A DNA stretch of 64,000 nucleotides from the NCBI GenBank assembly GCA_036172245.1, contig JAYWIR010000066.1, positions 310,001-374,000 of the forward strand, in the 5' to 3' direction. This document shows, piece by piece, positions 1-12,449 of this stretch (within the stretch, counting starts at the first letter, position 1; each line of letters opens with the position of its first letter). Source of the DNA: Raillietiella orientalis. Lineage: Eukaryota. The notes beneath the pieces were generated by a model that searched no databases, was not told where the DNA came from, and saw only the letters and a program-made list of their open reading frames with translations. Position numbers and translations under genes: made by a program.

Positions 1-189
1 GTTTTTTTCTTTTGTTTTTGTTTACCCCCTCTCCCACCTCTTTAGTGTGGGTCTCATCGGGGGAGCTGCTCGCGAGGAGCAGCGCCTCCGGGACATTTCC
101 CTTCGTAGCGATGCTGCTGCAAAACCACCACGAAGAAAGAATTTTTTTTTTTTTGTGGATATTTTCACAATCAACGACTCTGCGTGACC

Positions 190-870
190 TGGAGAAAGGG
201 TGCACGCCGAGAACGGGGGGTGCGTCATGGGTTTCAAGTCTCCCCCTCGGGGTAACGCTGGTTGACCTCGGTTGATTTCGGGTGCAGTTGCACTGGTAGA
301 CTCCGGATGCCCCCGTTGAGTGGCTGCGGCTGAAAGTTGACCCTTGGAAGTCCCTCCAAAACACCAAGGAGCCCTTCGGGTTCCCCTTCCAGTACTGAAA
401 ACAGAGTCGCTCCCCCCTAGTATAGGAACACTGCATCTCGTACCATGGAGCTGGTTGATGCCTCCCTTGTAGCGGGATCGCCTCTCCAGAGTGTCAGGAG
501 CGCGCCACTCCCTTCGGGGAAATTGGGAAGCGTCTCTCGGGGTTCTCCTCAGAGGAGGAGGAAACGAGAAGCGGATCCTTTCCGCAGAAGGAATACTGGA
601 ACTGCCCCCTACAGGGGGGACCCTTCCAGAGAGAACAAGGAAGAAGGGCTTTTCCTTCAGAGTCGATTTCAAAGGAGGAGGAAATAGGGCGTGGGTTCCC
701 TTCGGGGATGCCCTACCCAGCGTGAGAGGAACGGACACCTTCCTCTTGAACCTTCATGGATTCATAGAGTAGTCCCTATGGGGTTGCCCTTTAACCTGAA
801 AGGACGCACGCACCCTCGGGTGGCGTGGGCAGTGCTTCAAGAGCTTCGTGGATCCCCCCTGAGGAGGATT
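190..870 (+). mobile_element. Long SINE-like repeat family, copy 1
   Basis: Shares the blocks gggtttc(g/a)agtc..g(g/t)a.gctggt, ccgttaccatggagctggt, agcgtgagaggaacggac..ctggattcata and cgcaccctcggg.g.cg.gg with the other copies. Confidence 0.7.
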
Positions 871-1044
871 TGAAGGAAAGAAGAATGGATTGGCTCCGCG
901 TTCAGCCCCACGGGAAGGAAGCGCACCGCCGTGTTTTGGTGCGTCACGATCACGGCGTCCCCGCTGGCCGAACCTGGAAGCCGGAGTGCCGGAGAGGGCA
1001 CGTCCGCGAGTGTCCATCCACCCGTAGGGGCGCACCTCGATTCT

Positions 1045-3000
1045 CACCCGGGTGCGCCGGGGCGTTTACTTCAGAAGTAAACATCTCATAAGAACTGTAG
1101 TTGGACCGCTGATCCAACCACAGTTACCGGTTTGAAGACCGGCGCGATCCACCACGGTAGCAGGGAGGAAGCGGCAAGCAAAAATAAAAAAAACAAAAAT
1201 AAAAATAAATACACCTTAGTGGAGGGGGGATGGGTCACGTCCTTCTGGGGGCGGTCCTGTCCATCCTCTGTAGGATGACGGCAAGGTCTTGCTGGATATT
1301 GCTATCCAGGTGGGGGCAATCGCGTAGCCATCCTGATGAAGTGGACGGCGAAGTGGATGTGGCACTCCTGTCTCGGGGTCCTCCTCTTGCGTCGTTCCAT
1401 GCAGCGGCAACCCCACGTAGGCAGCACAGGGTTGCCTACGAGGCCGCTGGCCGAAGGTCGTCGCGAAAGAAGAGGGGTTTGATAGCTTCCCTGGAGTTGC
1501 CTCCAGGAGTTTCCAGGGACGCGGCAAAGCGTATCCAGAGGGGCTGGAGGGCAACACAGTCTACTAGCAGGTGGGGGATGGATTGACGTTTCCCGTACCT
1601 GACACAGTTCGGGTCCACACACATGCGTCCAGTGATGACGGTGGGCGTTGCACAGGGGGCTCAGTGCAGCACCAACAGCGCCGACTTCAAAGGGACGGTG
1701 TGGGTGTCTATGAGCACCGCGAACCACTTCAGGTGTTTCAACGGAATATCCAGCAGCTCGTCCCAGCGCAAGAGTCCGAGGGGCGGTGTACTCGGGGTCG
1801 CAGCGTCAGTGAGCTGGACCGTCTTCCACTTGCCCAGTCCTTTCTCCCTTTCGGAGATGCTGATCTTTACTTCCCATTTCGCCTCCATGTTGCTGCTCAG
1901 GTGCTTCCTGAGGGAGGGCAGCGCTGCGGCGAGGGGAGGAGCAGCTCACAGAGCCTTCCAGCACTCCGGGGCGGCTCGATCCGGAGCAACGTGTACTGGC
2001 ACCCTCTTCCGGGAGCTGGTCAGTACTCGGCGGTCACCGAGAAACCGGGAGACCGTCCGTTGACCTCTCTGGACGACGGCCAGCGTTCCCGCTTGAGGCG
2101 ATCCAAAGGGGGGGAGCTTTTCCCGGGCAAACTTCCTCCTCAAAGGGGGCGCGCGACTGCGCGCGTTCCCGGGGGAACGCGCCTTCGTCGCCTGCTGCTC
2201 TTCACGGACAAGAGGAGTAGGAGTGGGGGAGGCACTTAGTTCAGACCGCGCCGGCATCAATCGGACACGAATCGAATGTCGGGAGACTGCAGGATTGCCC
2301 TCCCGGCCCCACCGGATTGCGGCAAAGGGACGCGTCGGGACCCCACCTATCGCGGGCCGAGCATCGTCTCCACAACTGCAGCCTCCCCTTTCCTCCATCC
2401 CCCCGCCACACGGCTTCGCCTCCCCGCTGACCCCGATCGCGGTCGCCGGCGCGGCATCGCACGCCGCAGGTCTCTCTGATTCGCCGGAAGTCACGAGATT
2501 TCGCAATCCGTAACGCAGGGCGCGTCCCGCCCAGCAGCGGGAGTCCCGGAGGGAACAGAACAGCGGGTAGGGCTTGCGCTCGCCACCTGGCAGCGGCGAG
2601 CGACGGTGCCTCCGCGCGATTGACGGCGTGGCGGGCGAGCCCCCTTTGCGCCCTTTCCCACCGGACGGGAACCATGGAAACGGAGCTCCGGGACCGGCAG
2701 GAAGAGAAAAGCTCGAGACCGGGAATTAGAGGAATCGATCATCCCCCCCTCCCCCCGGACAACCTCCCGAGACCCCTTCCAAGAATTTTTCGGCAGCGCC
2801 CGCGTCCCGGCTCTGCTGCCGCTCGTCCAATGCGTCGCGGGACGCCCTCCCCCTTCCTCCCCCTCAAAAAAGAAACATCCCGTCCGCGGGACCGAGGCCT
2901 GGGCGACCGACGACAAAAGCGGGACGGAGAACAACAGTAGGCCCAGGAGATGGGGCGGTCGTCCTCTCGCTCCGAGTTCGGCCGCCGCGGGTCCTTCCTC
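1045..3000 (-). mobile_element. Degenerate L1/Tx1-like LINE, copy A (RT C-terminal part, zinc knuckle, 3' end)
   Basis: Minus-strand frameshifted motifs include AD/DVSFL (~2880, YADD-like), VWRGDGGKGRLQL..GG (~2400) and DPNCVRYGKRQSIPHLLVDC (CCHC-like, ~1560-1620). There is clear DNA similarity to 43080-43500, a T-rich 3' UTR (~1180-1215) and the shared terminal motif at 1045-1069. Confidence 0.75.
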
Positions 3001-4539
3001 TTCCTCATCCGGCGTCGATTCGGGTAGACCGAAATTTCCGGCGTCGGCTGCTCGTCTGCCTTTTTATTGGCCACCTTTCAGAGGGTGGCTTTTTCTCCAC
3101 GGACGAAGATGCAGCCTCATCGTTAGCCGACGACAGGGGGAGGCGAAACGAAAATCCTCCTTCCCCCCCCAAATCACGTACATGCGCGCGCACACGTGCG
3201 CTTAATCCCTTACGGACGTGACTATACGCACGTGACTAAGCACATGCGCGTGCATGCGTTCAGGCGCACGATATGCATCCGCTTCGCTCGCTTCGACTCT
3301 CGCAGATGGACGACGTGCGAGAAAACAACACCGCGGCGGTAAAAACACCTTCGAAGTCTGTCTTCGGGCAGGGCTGGTAACGAGGAAACACTAGGTCGTT
3401 GCTATGGTCGAGAAGAGGTCTCTCTCGCCCGTGCGCCGGACCAACCTGCGGCGCATGCGGAAAGCATTTCGTTCCCGCAGGATGCGTTCCGATCGCGAAT
3501 TTTCCCACGGGTGGCGAATTTCCAGGCTCCGTGCGCGCCGGAAATCGCTGGAGAGAACGGAGCCACCGCTGCCCGTTCGCGCGAACTTCAGCGGAGGCTG
3601 GGAAAGATGCATCGGCAGTCGCCTGACCTCCGACGTGGATGCCGAAAAACCAGCGGATGCAGAGAGGGACGTCCTCTCGGAATTTGGAACTCTGATTAAA
3701 AGAGAAGTGGAGAGTGGAGAAGAGCTGTGGTCAGTTGATGTCGACCAGCTGACCAAGATCTCCGAGGCTCGATCAACGGGTCCGCGTCCGCTTCCGCCGT
3801 CTGGGAGGCAGACCTGCAGCTTTTGCGCGGAGATGCGGGACCTTCAAGGAAGGTCCTCTTCCCCCAGCTGTTCCTTGAGGGAAGCGGAGGATCCATCGGA
3901 AGGTCCAGATGCAAGTGATGATGGCTGGAAGCGATCCCAGCAGCCTCGTCAGATCTGCAGCTGGTTCCGGGCGCGCGTTCCTCAAAAAGCGTGTCGACAC
4001 ATTCGGAACGCTCCGAGTCTGCGCTCCCCAGTTCGGCGCGTGTTGCTGCAGCACCTCTGCAGAGCCATCCGGAGGACGGGTGGTGTCCCCGTTGGGTCTG
4101 GAGTCCGGAATCCCTCCGAAGGGAAGGGAAATTCCACCGCTCCATGTGGACTGAAGTCAGCACGTTCGGCGGCGCCTCGCGTGCCGCGTCACTGTTTGTG
4201 AGCTGCGTCACCCCTTCCAGCGCATTCGTCGACACGGCGCGCTGCTTCACTGCTTGAAGGTGGCGATGGAGAAGCAAGCGGTTCTCCGCGATACGTTCAC
4301 TTCCCGAGTGGACTCCAGTGGATCCAGCGGCGCTGCGCAACGAGCTGTCTGCACGTTGCCTCCCCTTCCTTTCTTCTCTCACTGCTGAGGGCTCTTTTAG
4401 CCCTCAGCAGTGAGAGAGAAAGAAAGGCGGCCGTGCGCCAGGGTCTCGCCGTCTCCCTGCCGACCGAGGGCGTTCGTAGCGCAGTCCGAGACCTAGAGGC
4501 CGGCTCCGCAGGATGCTAGAATCCTCAGAACGAAGAGGT

Positions 4540-7050
4540 GACGCCAAGCTGACGATTCTGCAGCTGCTCCTCGGGGCAATGAAGGTGCCATCGTGTGTTT
4601 GCACCTCCAGCATCCAACATGGCGCCGCGAGATCCCGTCGGAGCGATGGGTTAGAACGTGCCCCCGATGGGGAAACGTCTCGAGGGAGGCGTGGCCGAAG
4701 GAGCAGCCACCCGTGGATGCGGAAGTGTGAGGATGGTTTTTTTTTTCTTTTTCCCAGAGATGGAACCACCGTCCCACTACTCGTGGGGTCCCACATGCGC
4801 GAAGACGCAGGCGAGCGGAGGTCGCACGGAGGATGCGGCTTCTCCTGCACTCCGTCTTCGCCCCGTTCGTCCCGTACCGACGAGCCCGCCGAAGTCCCGA
4901 AAAAGGCTCCTGAACAAGGAGGAAGGAAGCTTCTCAGGGTTGCCAGGGAGACCTGTCCGCGAACATGCAGTGTTCACCCTGCCTTTGGAGAGCGCCATCG
5001 TCCACGGGGATTCCTGAGTCCCAACACGGATCGCGCGAGCCAGAGTCCAGGATTCCTGGAGTGCTAAGGGATGCTGCGAACCTTCCAGCTGGCGGCACGC
5101 GTCCGGCGCTGCGATGGCGCATCAGCCCGAGGACGGGGTCAGGTCGCGGTCGCTTCGGCCGACTCTGTGCCAGGGCCTCGCCTTAAGGCTGGGGTTGATC
5201 GTGATCCCACCGGTGCCCCTCGCGGTCTGGACGTGACGGCAGTGCGCGGTGGCGGCAGAGGTCGCGAAGGTAGCGCGCGGCGCTCCCTCCATTCCGAGTT
5301 CCCCTCCTCCCGACGCACGGCGGAAGTCTCGCCGTTCCGATTCGAGAACTCTATCCCCCCCCCTCCCCGAAGGGGGACTTCCGGTTCGACGGGAGAGAGG
5401 AGGGAAATCCCGGACTAACTTCCGCGTTCCTTCGCTCCCGGTCGAAGCGACTGGCTGGACCCCCTGAGGACATCCAGCCAGGACGAGCGCAGTGAGGGCT
5501 CTGCGGACGCCCGGAAGAGAGCGGCAAGGAAGATCGGCGTCTCCCGGAACGAGAGCGGCAGCAGCGGCTTCCAGGAATAACCGAGGGATGCCTTTCGGAA
5601 CGGATCCCGTTGCACGTGACGACGCGAGGTAGGCGCGCGAGGCGCCTTCTTCCCTTCCTCTCCCCGGGGCTTGCCTCGGGGACGGAGAGCTCACGCGCTC
5701 CGCGGAAGCAGTCGCAGGATATTGGGAAAACCCAGAAATAGAGAGGGAGAGAGGGGTCGTAAAGGTCAAGGGACACCCACCCGGACAGATGCGCACCCGA
5801 CCGGAAGTGCCGCCGCCTTCCTGATCTCCGAGGCAGGGAACAGAGGACCCTCCTCCGTTTGTCTCTTTTCCTGGCCATGCCTGAGCTGCCCGCAGCAGCC
5901 TGCGTCATCGGAGCCTCAGGTTGTCTCTGCAGCCCAGACGCACGGTGGGCCTTTCCTCTCCCCTTTGTTTTTTCCAAGGAGGGGGGAAGGAGGATGAGAG
6001 GTGAAGGTGGTCGCCTCCTCAGGGCTCACGACGCTCTCGAAGCTCCACCCGAGCGCAACGAGGGCTCTTCGAGTCGGGGGGATGGAGTAAGGGGTGTCAC
6101 TCCCGGAGGGACCGCCCCATGAGTCCGGGAACCCTGTGAGTCCGGAAGAGAAAGGCGTCCATTTCTCTCGCGCGCTCGTCAGGGAAACCGCGGAGGGGAG
6201 CCCCCGCCCTGGTTGTCTCCGAAGGGAACCTCAGAGGAAAGAAACTCTTTCCTACAGCCCCCGGGGGGACGTCCTCGAAAACATCCGCTCCTGGAATTTC
6301 CTCTCTGGAGGGAGAAGTCAAGGGAGGAATTCCCTTGCCTTCGCCCCGTGGGCATTCGCGTGCTCCCTTCTTCCTCCTCCGAAGGGAACCCCGAAGGGAT
6401 GCTTTTCTGTTGCACTGGAGGAAGCTTCCGACACTGCCCTGACGGGGGAAGGAGGGTACCGACAGGCTCCATGATAACGGCTTTGTTCTTCGCCACCGGA
6501 GGAGAGCCATGGAAGACTCTTTGATGTCTTGAAAGGACCCGGGAGGCTGGACTTCCGATTGCAGCCGGCTCAACGGAGGTTTCCGGACTCCATCGGTGGG
6601 GCTGCACCCAAATAGGTCGACCAGCGTCATCCTACGGGAAGGAGGTGAATCGAAAACTCACGACGCACCTTCTCCTCCCCCTCCATTTTTCTGGAGTCGA
6701 TCCTTCCCCGGCCAGGATTCGAAGCTGAGAGCGGCCTGCGCCACGTGCGCTCGTGCGGAGGCCACGGGCCGTGTGGCTACAGCACGAGTGCCGTGGGGGC
6801 GGGTGTACCCACAAGTAGTGGGTGAGAGACGCCGGCAGAGGAACGAGTCAAGTCTCATGGGCCAAGACCGGGAAGCCCCCCCGCCGCCTCCCGAACCACG
6901 CACAGAAGTCATCGAGGCCGCCTACGTGGCGCGGTTTCCCTCCCGAAGTCCCGCTGCCTTATTAACTCCAAACGGGTGGTGGTGGTCATCCTTGACCGGG
7001 AGTTGCCGCTGAAGCTTCCCGATCCTTCGCCTTCCCGATTCGTTTTCCTC
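4540..7050 (+). mobile_element. Decayed CR1/L2/Jockey-like LINE (EN plus RT), interrupted by a SINE at ~6080-6680
   Basis: SERW, EGGVA, YR/SPP, AIVHGD and RGLDVTAV (endonuclease), then AGVPTSS (GVPQGS-like, ~6800) and AAYVA (~6920). Confidence 0.35.
6080..6680 (-). mobile_element. SINE-like family, copy 2
   Basis: The reverse complement contains ggatgacgctggtcgacc...gggtcctttcaagacatcaaagagtc...gccgttatcatggagc. Confidence 0.7.
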
Positions 7051-7149
7051 CGGGAGGGGCGATGTCAGCGGTGCCTCGATTCTGCGCGCATCCCCGAAGA
7101 AAGGGCGTCCTTCGCCCGTGGGCGACCCCGGGAGTGCCTTCCCCTGGAG

Positions 7150-7990
7150 CCGCGCTCCGTCGGAAGTGGCAGGAGAGACCCGCCCTCCGGCAGGAGCATC
7201 TGTCGCTCCGAATCGCGACCGATGCGCCTGCCAGAGGGATCGCTCCTGAAGTGTGCAGCTTCCATTTCCCTTCCCTCTGTCGGCATCCGGAGCCTCCCCT
7301 CTGCCCCCCTCCCTCTTGAGCGCAGGAACGAGCTATGCCTAAGAGAACGGGCGACTACTTCAGAGGGAGTCGTTCCTCTGATCGAGGCCGCCGGACGCCT
7401 CTTGTGGGTCGCACTGGGGCGTCGCTTGCGTTGTTCCTGGTCCTCACAGTCAACCGGGAGGAAGGAGGACGGCAGAGTCCCGGAGGCTGGTTTCCGCGCG
7501 TTCCCTTGCACTCGGGAGATTGCGAAGCCATGTGACCTCGAGCGGACGGCCTCTGCAGCCGCTCCGAGATCTGACTGACCCGCGTTGCGGTTCCCCCGGT
7601 TCCTCTCCCCTCCTGGGAGAGGGGAGAGGGAAGGAGGGGAACTGCCTCCTCCCCGGAGGAAGTCGTGCATCTCGCAGGTGCCTTCGTCCTCCCTCATTCA
7701 TCGACGACTCTCTCAGCAGAAAGTCCTTATGGTCTTTGGGCGGCGGGCTCAGCATGAGGCAGACGGGATCCTGACCATCCAGGGTCAATCCGCAGACCGT
7801 GACCAGCTGCGGAGGTGGTGGCGGGGTACACTGCTCCTCCTCTTCTTTCTCCCTTCCTCCTCTTGCTCTTCCTCGTCCTCGTCCGCACACAGGAAGTGAT
7901 CCGACTCGATCCACGTGTGGAGGAGCTCGTTGAAGCGCCTGCAAAGCACCTTGCTGGCGGCTGTCGCCGCCGACTTCCGCGGCTTCTGCG
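7150..7990 (-). mobile_element. LINE RT relic
   Basis: KVLCRRFNELLHTWIESDHFL, then TRGVRR...SPVLL (RGVRQG..LSP.LF-like, ~7340-7410). Confidence 0.35.
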
Positions 7991-8514
7991 ACAGAGGGCA
8001 GACGTGCGCGTGTGGCGGGCCGGGCGTGCTGCTGGCGCGCGCGGCGCCCGGCACGTCTCGCGGTCAGTGACGGGCTTTCTTAAGCCTCGACGTCTCCTCG
8101 GCGGGCGCGGTGCCTCCCGGGCACCACCCCATTCCGCTCCCTTCCTCCCTTCCCCTTTCCCGTTCACGTATGCGGCTGCTCTGCTCTGCTCCGCCCCTTC
8201 CGCTTTCCTTACGGCGTTGATCTCTCCAGCTCCGCCCTCGTCTTGAGCTCGGTCACCCCGGGGCTTGGGTGGAGGGGGGTAGACTCGAAATAGGAAACAG
8301 GCATGCGCGTACCCCGGAGGCACGAACAGGTGAGAGCCGGGACGCGAGCCCGTGGCACGGAGCGTCGAAGACGACAGTAAATATAAATAAATAAATAAAT
8401 AGATGCACAGATACATACACGCACACGTACGTAAATGCACCCAGACATAGGGAAACACGGACGTTGGTTGCCTCCGGGAAATAGGGATCGTGGATGGAAG
8501 TGAAGTTCGCTTAC

Positions 8515-11500
8515 TACCCGGTAAGTCACTCCAGGGCGTTAATTGCAATGGGAAATGATCCCCCAATCTCTGGTGGGACGCACCACGCCCTAATCGATGA
8601 GGGACCTGGAGGTGGTTTGCAGGCTGGCGAGGGGCGCCTCGGTAGCCGAAAGAAGGGGGAAGAACAAAAAGAATCAATAAAAATCAATAAGAACAATCTG
8701 GAGGGTCGGGAAAGGATCGTTGCCTGTTGGAGGGAGTCATCTGCAACCTGTCCGGGATGCCGGCTACGTCCGTCCGCACGTTACCCGGGTAGGGACGTCT
8801 GACCTCCTTCCGCAGGGAGAGTCGTCCGCGCAACCGGTGGGCGATGTGGACTCGTCAGGTTAGGGGGCAATGCACCAAAGGGGATGCCGATTCCGGCGAT
8901 GGCGTCCCTCCCGTTTCTTAAGGTCTCCACTCCCCGCCACGAACCTAGCAAAGGACTCCTGAGGCTGCGGCTGGAGGCAGGGCCTCTCCCGCACGAAGAG
9001 GAGCTTGAAAACGTCCCTGGGGGTGCCAACCAAGGTCAGCAGGGTCGTCCTGAAACGTTTCCACAGGAGCCAGAGGGCAACACGGTCCACTAGTAGGCGC
9101 GAAAGGGAGAAATTCCTCTCCCCGCACCTTGCACAGTTTAGCTCCACTCATCCCCGCGTCCAATGATGCCTGCAGGCGTTGCAGGGAAAGTCCCCGTGCA
9201 GCAACAGCATGAACGTCGACTTCTGACATTTCAAGGGGAGGCGTTGCTGTTAGCTAACATCAGGACCACTTCAGTTTTTCCCGAAGAATTCCCAGAGTCA
9301 TGGAAAGGTACTCGGGCTCGCGGCGTCCTTCAGCTGTCTCGTGGTCCATCCACTCATCAGCTTCCTCCTGCATGCGATCTCGCGGGAGCCTTGCCACCTG
9401 ATTGGCTGGCTGCCGCCATTCGCTTTCCTCAGGGGGACAGCGCTACGGCAGGGGGGGGGGGTCATCTCCGCCCGAGTGCTCACGAGGGAAGTCTCCAGGA
9501 TCGTCCGCAGCGGACGTGGACGCCGAATCGCAGACGGTTCCATTCTTCGGAGCTCGAATCCTTCACCTTCGCCTACGTGCCAACCGTTGCCTCTAGCCAG
9601 GCTCTAGGAATGGCGGGACTCAGCAGGCCATCCAGCCGCTCTCCTTCGCCAGGATGACCATCCGTCCGAGGAGGAGACAGCAGCTTCTTACCTTTTTCCC
9701 GGAGCACAAAAGGTCAGACGAGAGTCCTTCGGTACCGGCAATACGGCTGGCGAGGAGGCGTACGGGAACGCACAAGGGCGCCCCCTTGTGCGTTCTTACG
9801 GCTCGCTGCGATGGTCATCGTTCGCCATCGCCGTTAACCTCTATCCTCTCCAGCTCCAGGAGACAGAGGCCGCCGTCTCGGCGAGGAGTGCTCACGTCCT
9901 TCAGCTGGATTCGGGACCTTCCTTCACCCCACAAAGCAATTCTCAGGAGGTCCTTCGTCGACTTATTTGTGTCTCTGGGGACGGGACGTACAAAAAGTAA
10001 GGGAGGAGCTGCGAGCGGATTCCAGACCGTGGCCCATTCCGGCAATCAAAACATGCCCTCCAGGAACGGTCCGAGCACCACTTATGCTTTGTGGAGACGA
10101 CCGGGCCAGGGTGCTTCTGCCAAGAGGAAGTCCCCTGAGAGGGCTCCGGGGTGCCTCAAGTACCTGCCCATGGGGATCTCCAGACGGATCCATCCCAGTC
10201 GTACGGGAGTTTTCGCCGTAAGGGAAGTTCGCCGAGTTTCCGTGCTGCGCCGTCCTTCGGGTCTCAGAGCGAAGATGGGCGACGTCCTGTTGCCGCGTGC
10301 TCCGTGGGCGAGACGGGGAGGAAAGGGCGCCGGTGAACAGACCGCACGGGTGCAGCGTAGCTTACTTCGCTAGCGACTGCCAAGAGTCCTGTCGGATGGA
10401 CGTCGCCGGGCAGCTAGTGGCAGCGGCGGCCCCTCCTGTGCGCGCGGGGAACTCGCGGCCCGGCGGCAGCAGCGCGGGGGCGACCTGAGCTCCCCGCTCA
10501 CTCGCTGGCGCGATTCGGACAGGCGCAACCCCCTCGTCCTGAGGAGCCGGCCGTCGGTCGCCCGAAGGGTCGGCGCTGAAACTGTTCAGGAAGATGTCGG
10601 GATCGCCTGCCCGCCGGTGTAGCCCTGAGGCGCGAAAATATGGCGTCATGGTGGATCAGCGCCGACTCCTGCCGTGAGTTCCCGACGCCCACCCGGTCGG
10701 CTGCCCGCCTCACAATCATGCGGGTCCGGGTTAGGAGAGGAGTACGCGCGTACTCCCCTTCCTCCTCCAGAGAGGACGTTGCCACGAGGCGCTGTCGTAC
10801 GGGAGTGGGGCAGTCCTGGGACCGGAGCGAGACGGGCGCTCTGTTGCTGTGGTAATGATGGCTCCGTGGTGCGGCGTTGAATCCTCGGCCTTCGCTTTCG
10901 GAGCCGGAGGCTACTCGAAGGAGGCGGACCAAGGACGGCGATGGCTGTGAGGCCTGGCATCTGCCGTGGCGAAGCCCTTCCTTGGCACCAGGGGATCCGG
11001 AAGGACAGGAGGAGGAGGCGGCGGGGAATCTCTCCCATGAGCTCCGCGTGGGTGGTCGCGGGTCGGTGGGGTGGTCACCTCTGCATTGCTTGCGCTTCGG
11101 TCATCCAGGAGCTACGAATTTCCTCATCCCGATGCGGATGCTACTGGAGGCCGCCAGATCTGTAGGGAGGAGGCGCATGCGATCGAGGTATCGGGGGCGA
11201 CACCGCGAAGTGGCAGTCCACCTGAAGATCATCCTAGCCTCCAGTCTCCCGCAGATCAAGTGATGCACCAGAGACCCAGGGCCGCCTCCCGGCCCTCTTT
11301 TACAATGCGCTCCGGTGTTGCCCAGGCGACGGTGACGGTCCTGCAGGCAGGGGTGCGAAAAACGATCTCCACTCGCAGAGCCTCCGGCGAGGTCGGAGAG
11401 CGGTCCAGTAGGCAGTGGGACCGACAGCGGGTTCTTCGAAGAGCGGGAGTCGTCCCCGCGCACAACCCTACCCTGGGGGTCATTTTGGCCTCCTTCTTCG

Positions 11501-11700
11501 TCTGGAGCATCCGAAGGAGCCAATGCAAGCCAGCAGCGCGAGCCTTTTGCAAAGAGAAATAGGAGCACAGGTGTCTTTGCAGTGCGTCAACTTGGAGGAC
11601 GAGCCACACCCCGCCAATGACCGGGCAAGCAGATCAACAAGTGAGACATACAGCCGGAAAGACATGGTCAGTAGGTTGGCCCTTGCCTTTCCAGCAAGAA
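8515..11700 (-). mobile_element. Degenerate L1/Tx1-like LINE, copy B (endonuclease, RT, zinc knuckle, 3' end)
   Basis: Ordered minus-strand motifs: DPQGRVV, WRSFF, DWRL/FRWT..RYLDR (APE endonuclease), IRQDS (RQG-like, ~10390), RYLR (KYLG-like, ~10160), KDLLRIALWGEGRSRIQLKDVSTPRRDGGLCL (~9860-9960) and NCARCGERN..LLVD (~9090-9145). The terminal motif is at 8515-8541. Confidence 0.8.
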
Positions 11701-11789
11701 GTGGGGGTTAGTGGGTACCACCCCACTTTCGCACTGTCCATCCCTCCTACTACCATCCCACGACCTTTGTGAACCTCCACTCTCACCGC

Positions 11790-12440
11790 ATACGGCCGGG
11801 CGATTGCGGACCTCTGCGCACGTGGAGTCGGGCGTCGCGAGTTCGAATCCCGCCTGGAGAACGATCGATGCCACGGAATGAAATAAAACGGGGGAGGGGG
11901 TTTCGAGTCTTCCTCGCAGGATATGGCGCTGGTTTGGCCGATTCGAGTGCAGTTTTGATGGAAGCCGGAAATCCCCGGATGCTCCCGATGAGTGGGCGGG
12001 ATTGAAATTTGATCCTTCAGGGTCCTTCCAGGAATACGGAGCCGTCCCGACTGCGAAGATGGAACCGTTACCATCGAGACGGTCGATATCCCTCTAGGGG
12101 GGCTGCTGCCTCTCCAGAGCGCAAGAAACGCTCTGTTCCCTTCGGAGAGAGCTCCCTTCAGGGGAGGAAAGTGGAAGCGGTCCCCTTGCGGGTTCCCTCC
12201 GAAAAGCGGCCCCCTCAAACCGGGAGAGAACCAGGAAGTGGTGGGTGGTTTTCTTCTGGAATCCTCTCCCAAGCGTAAGAGACAGGGACTCCTTCCTCTG
12301 GATTCACAGGGTAGTCCCCTGTAACTTGAAGGGTTCAACACGCTCCCTCGGATGACGTGGGTAGCGTCAAAGAGCTTCGCAAGTCCTCCGTAAGGTGGCG
12401 AGCTCTTCTTCAGCACTCCTCGAGTACCAGAAGAAAGAGA
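11790..12440 (+). mobile_element. SINE-like family, copy 3, with tRNA-like head
   Basis: B-box gtcgcgagttcgaatccc at ~11834-11851, the family body, and a purine/A-rich tail. Confidence 0.75.
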
Positions 12441-12449
12441 GGAAGAGGA

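Noticed and set aside
3399..4200. Cys motifs (CGACGKHF, CSFC, CRHI) as a zinc-finger gene or transposase
   Set aside because: The motifs are in different frames and their spacing fits no family I can name. The segment may be an unrecognised TE relic.
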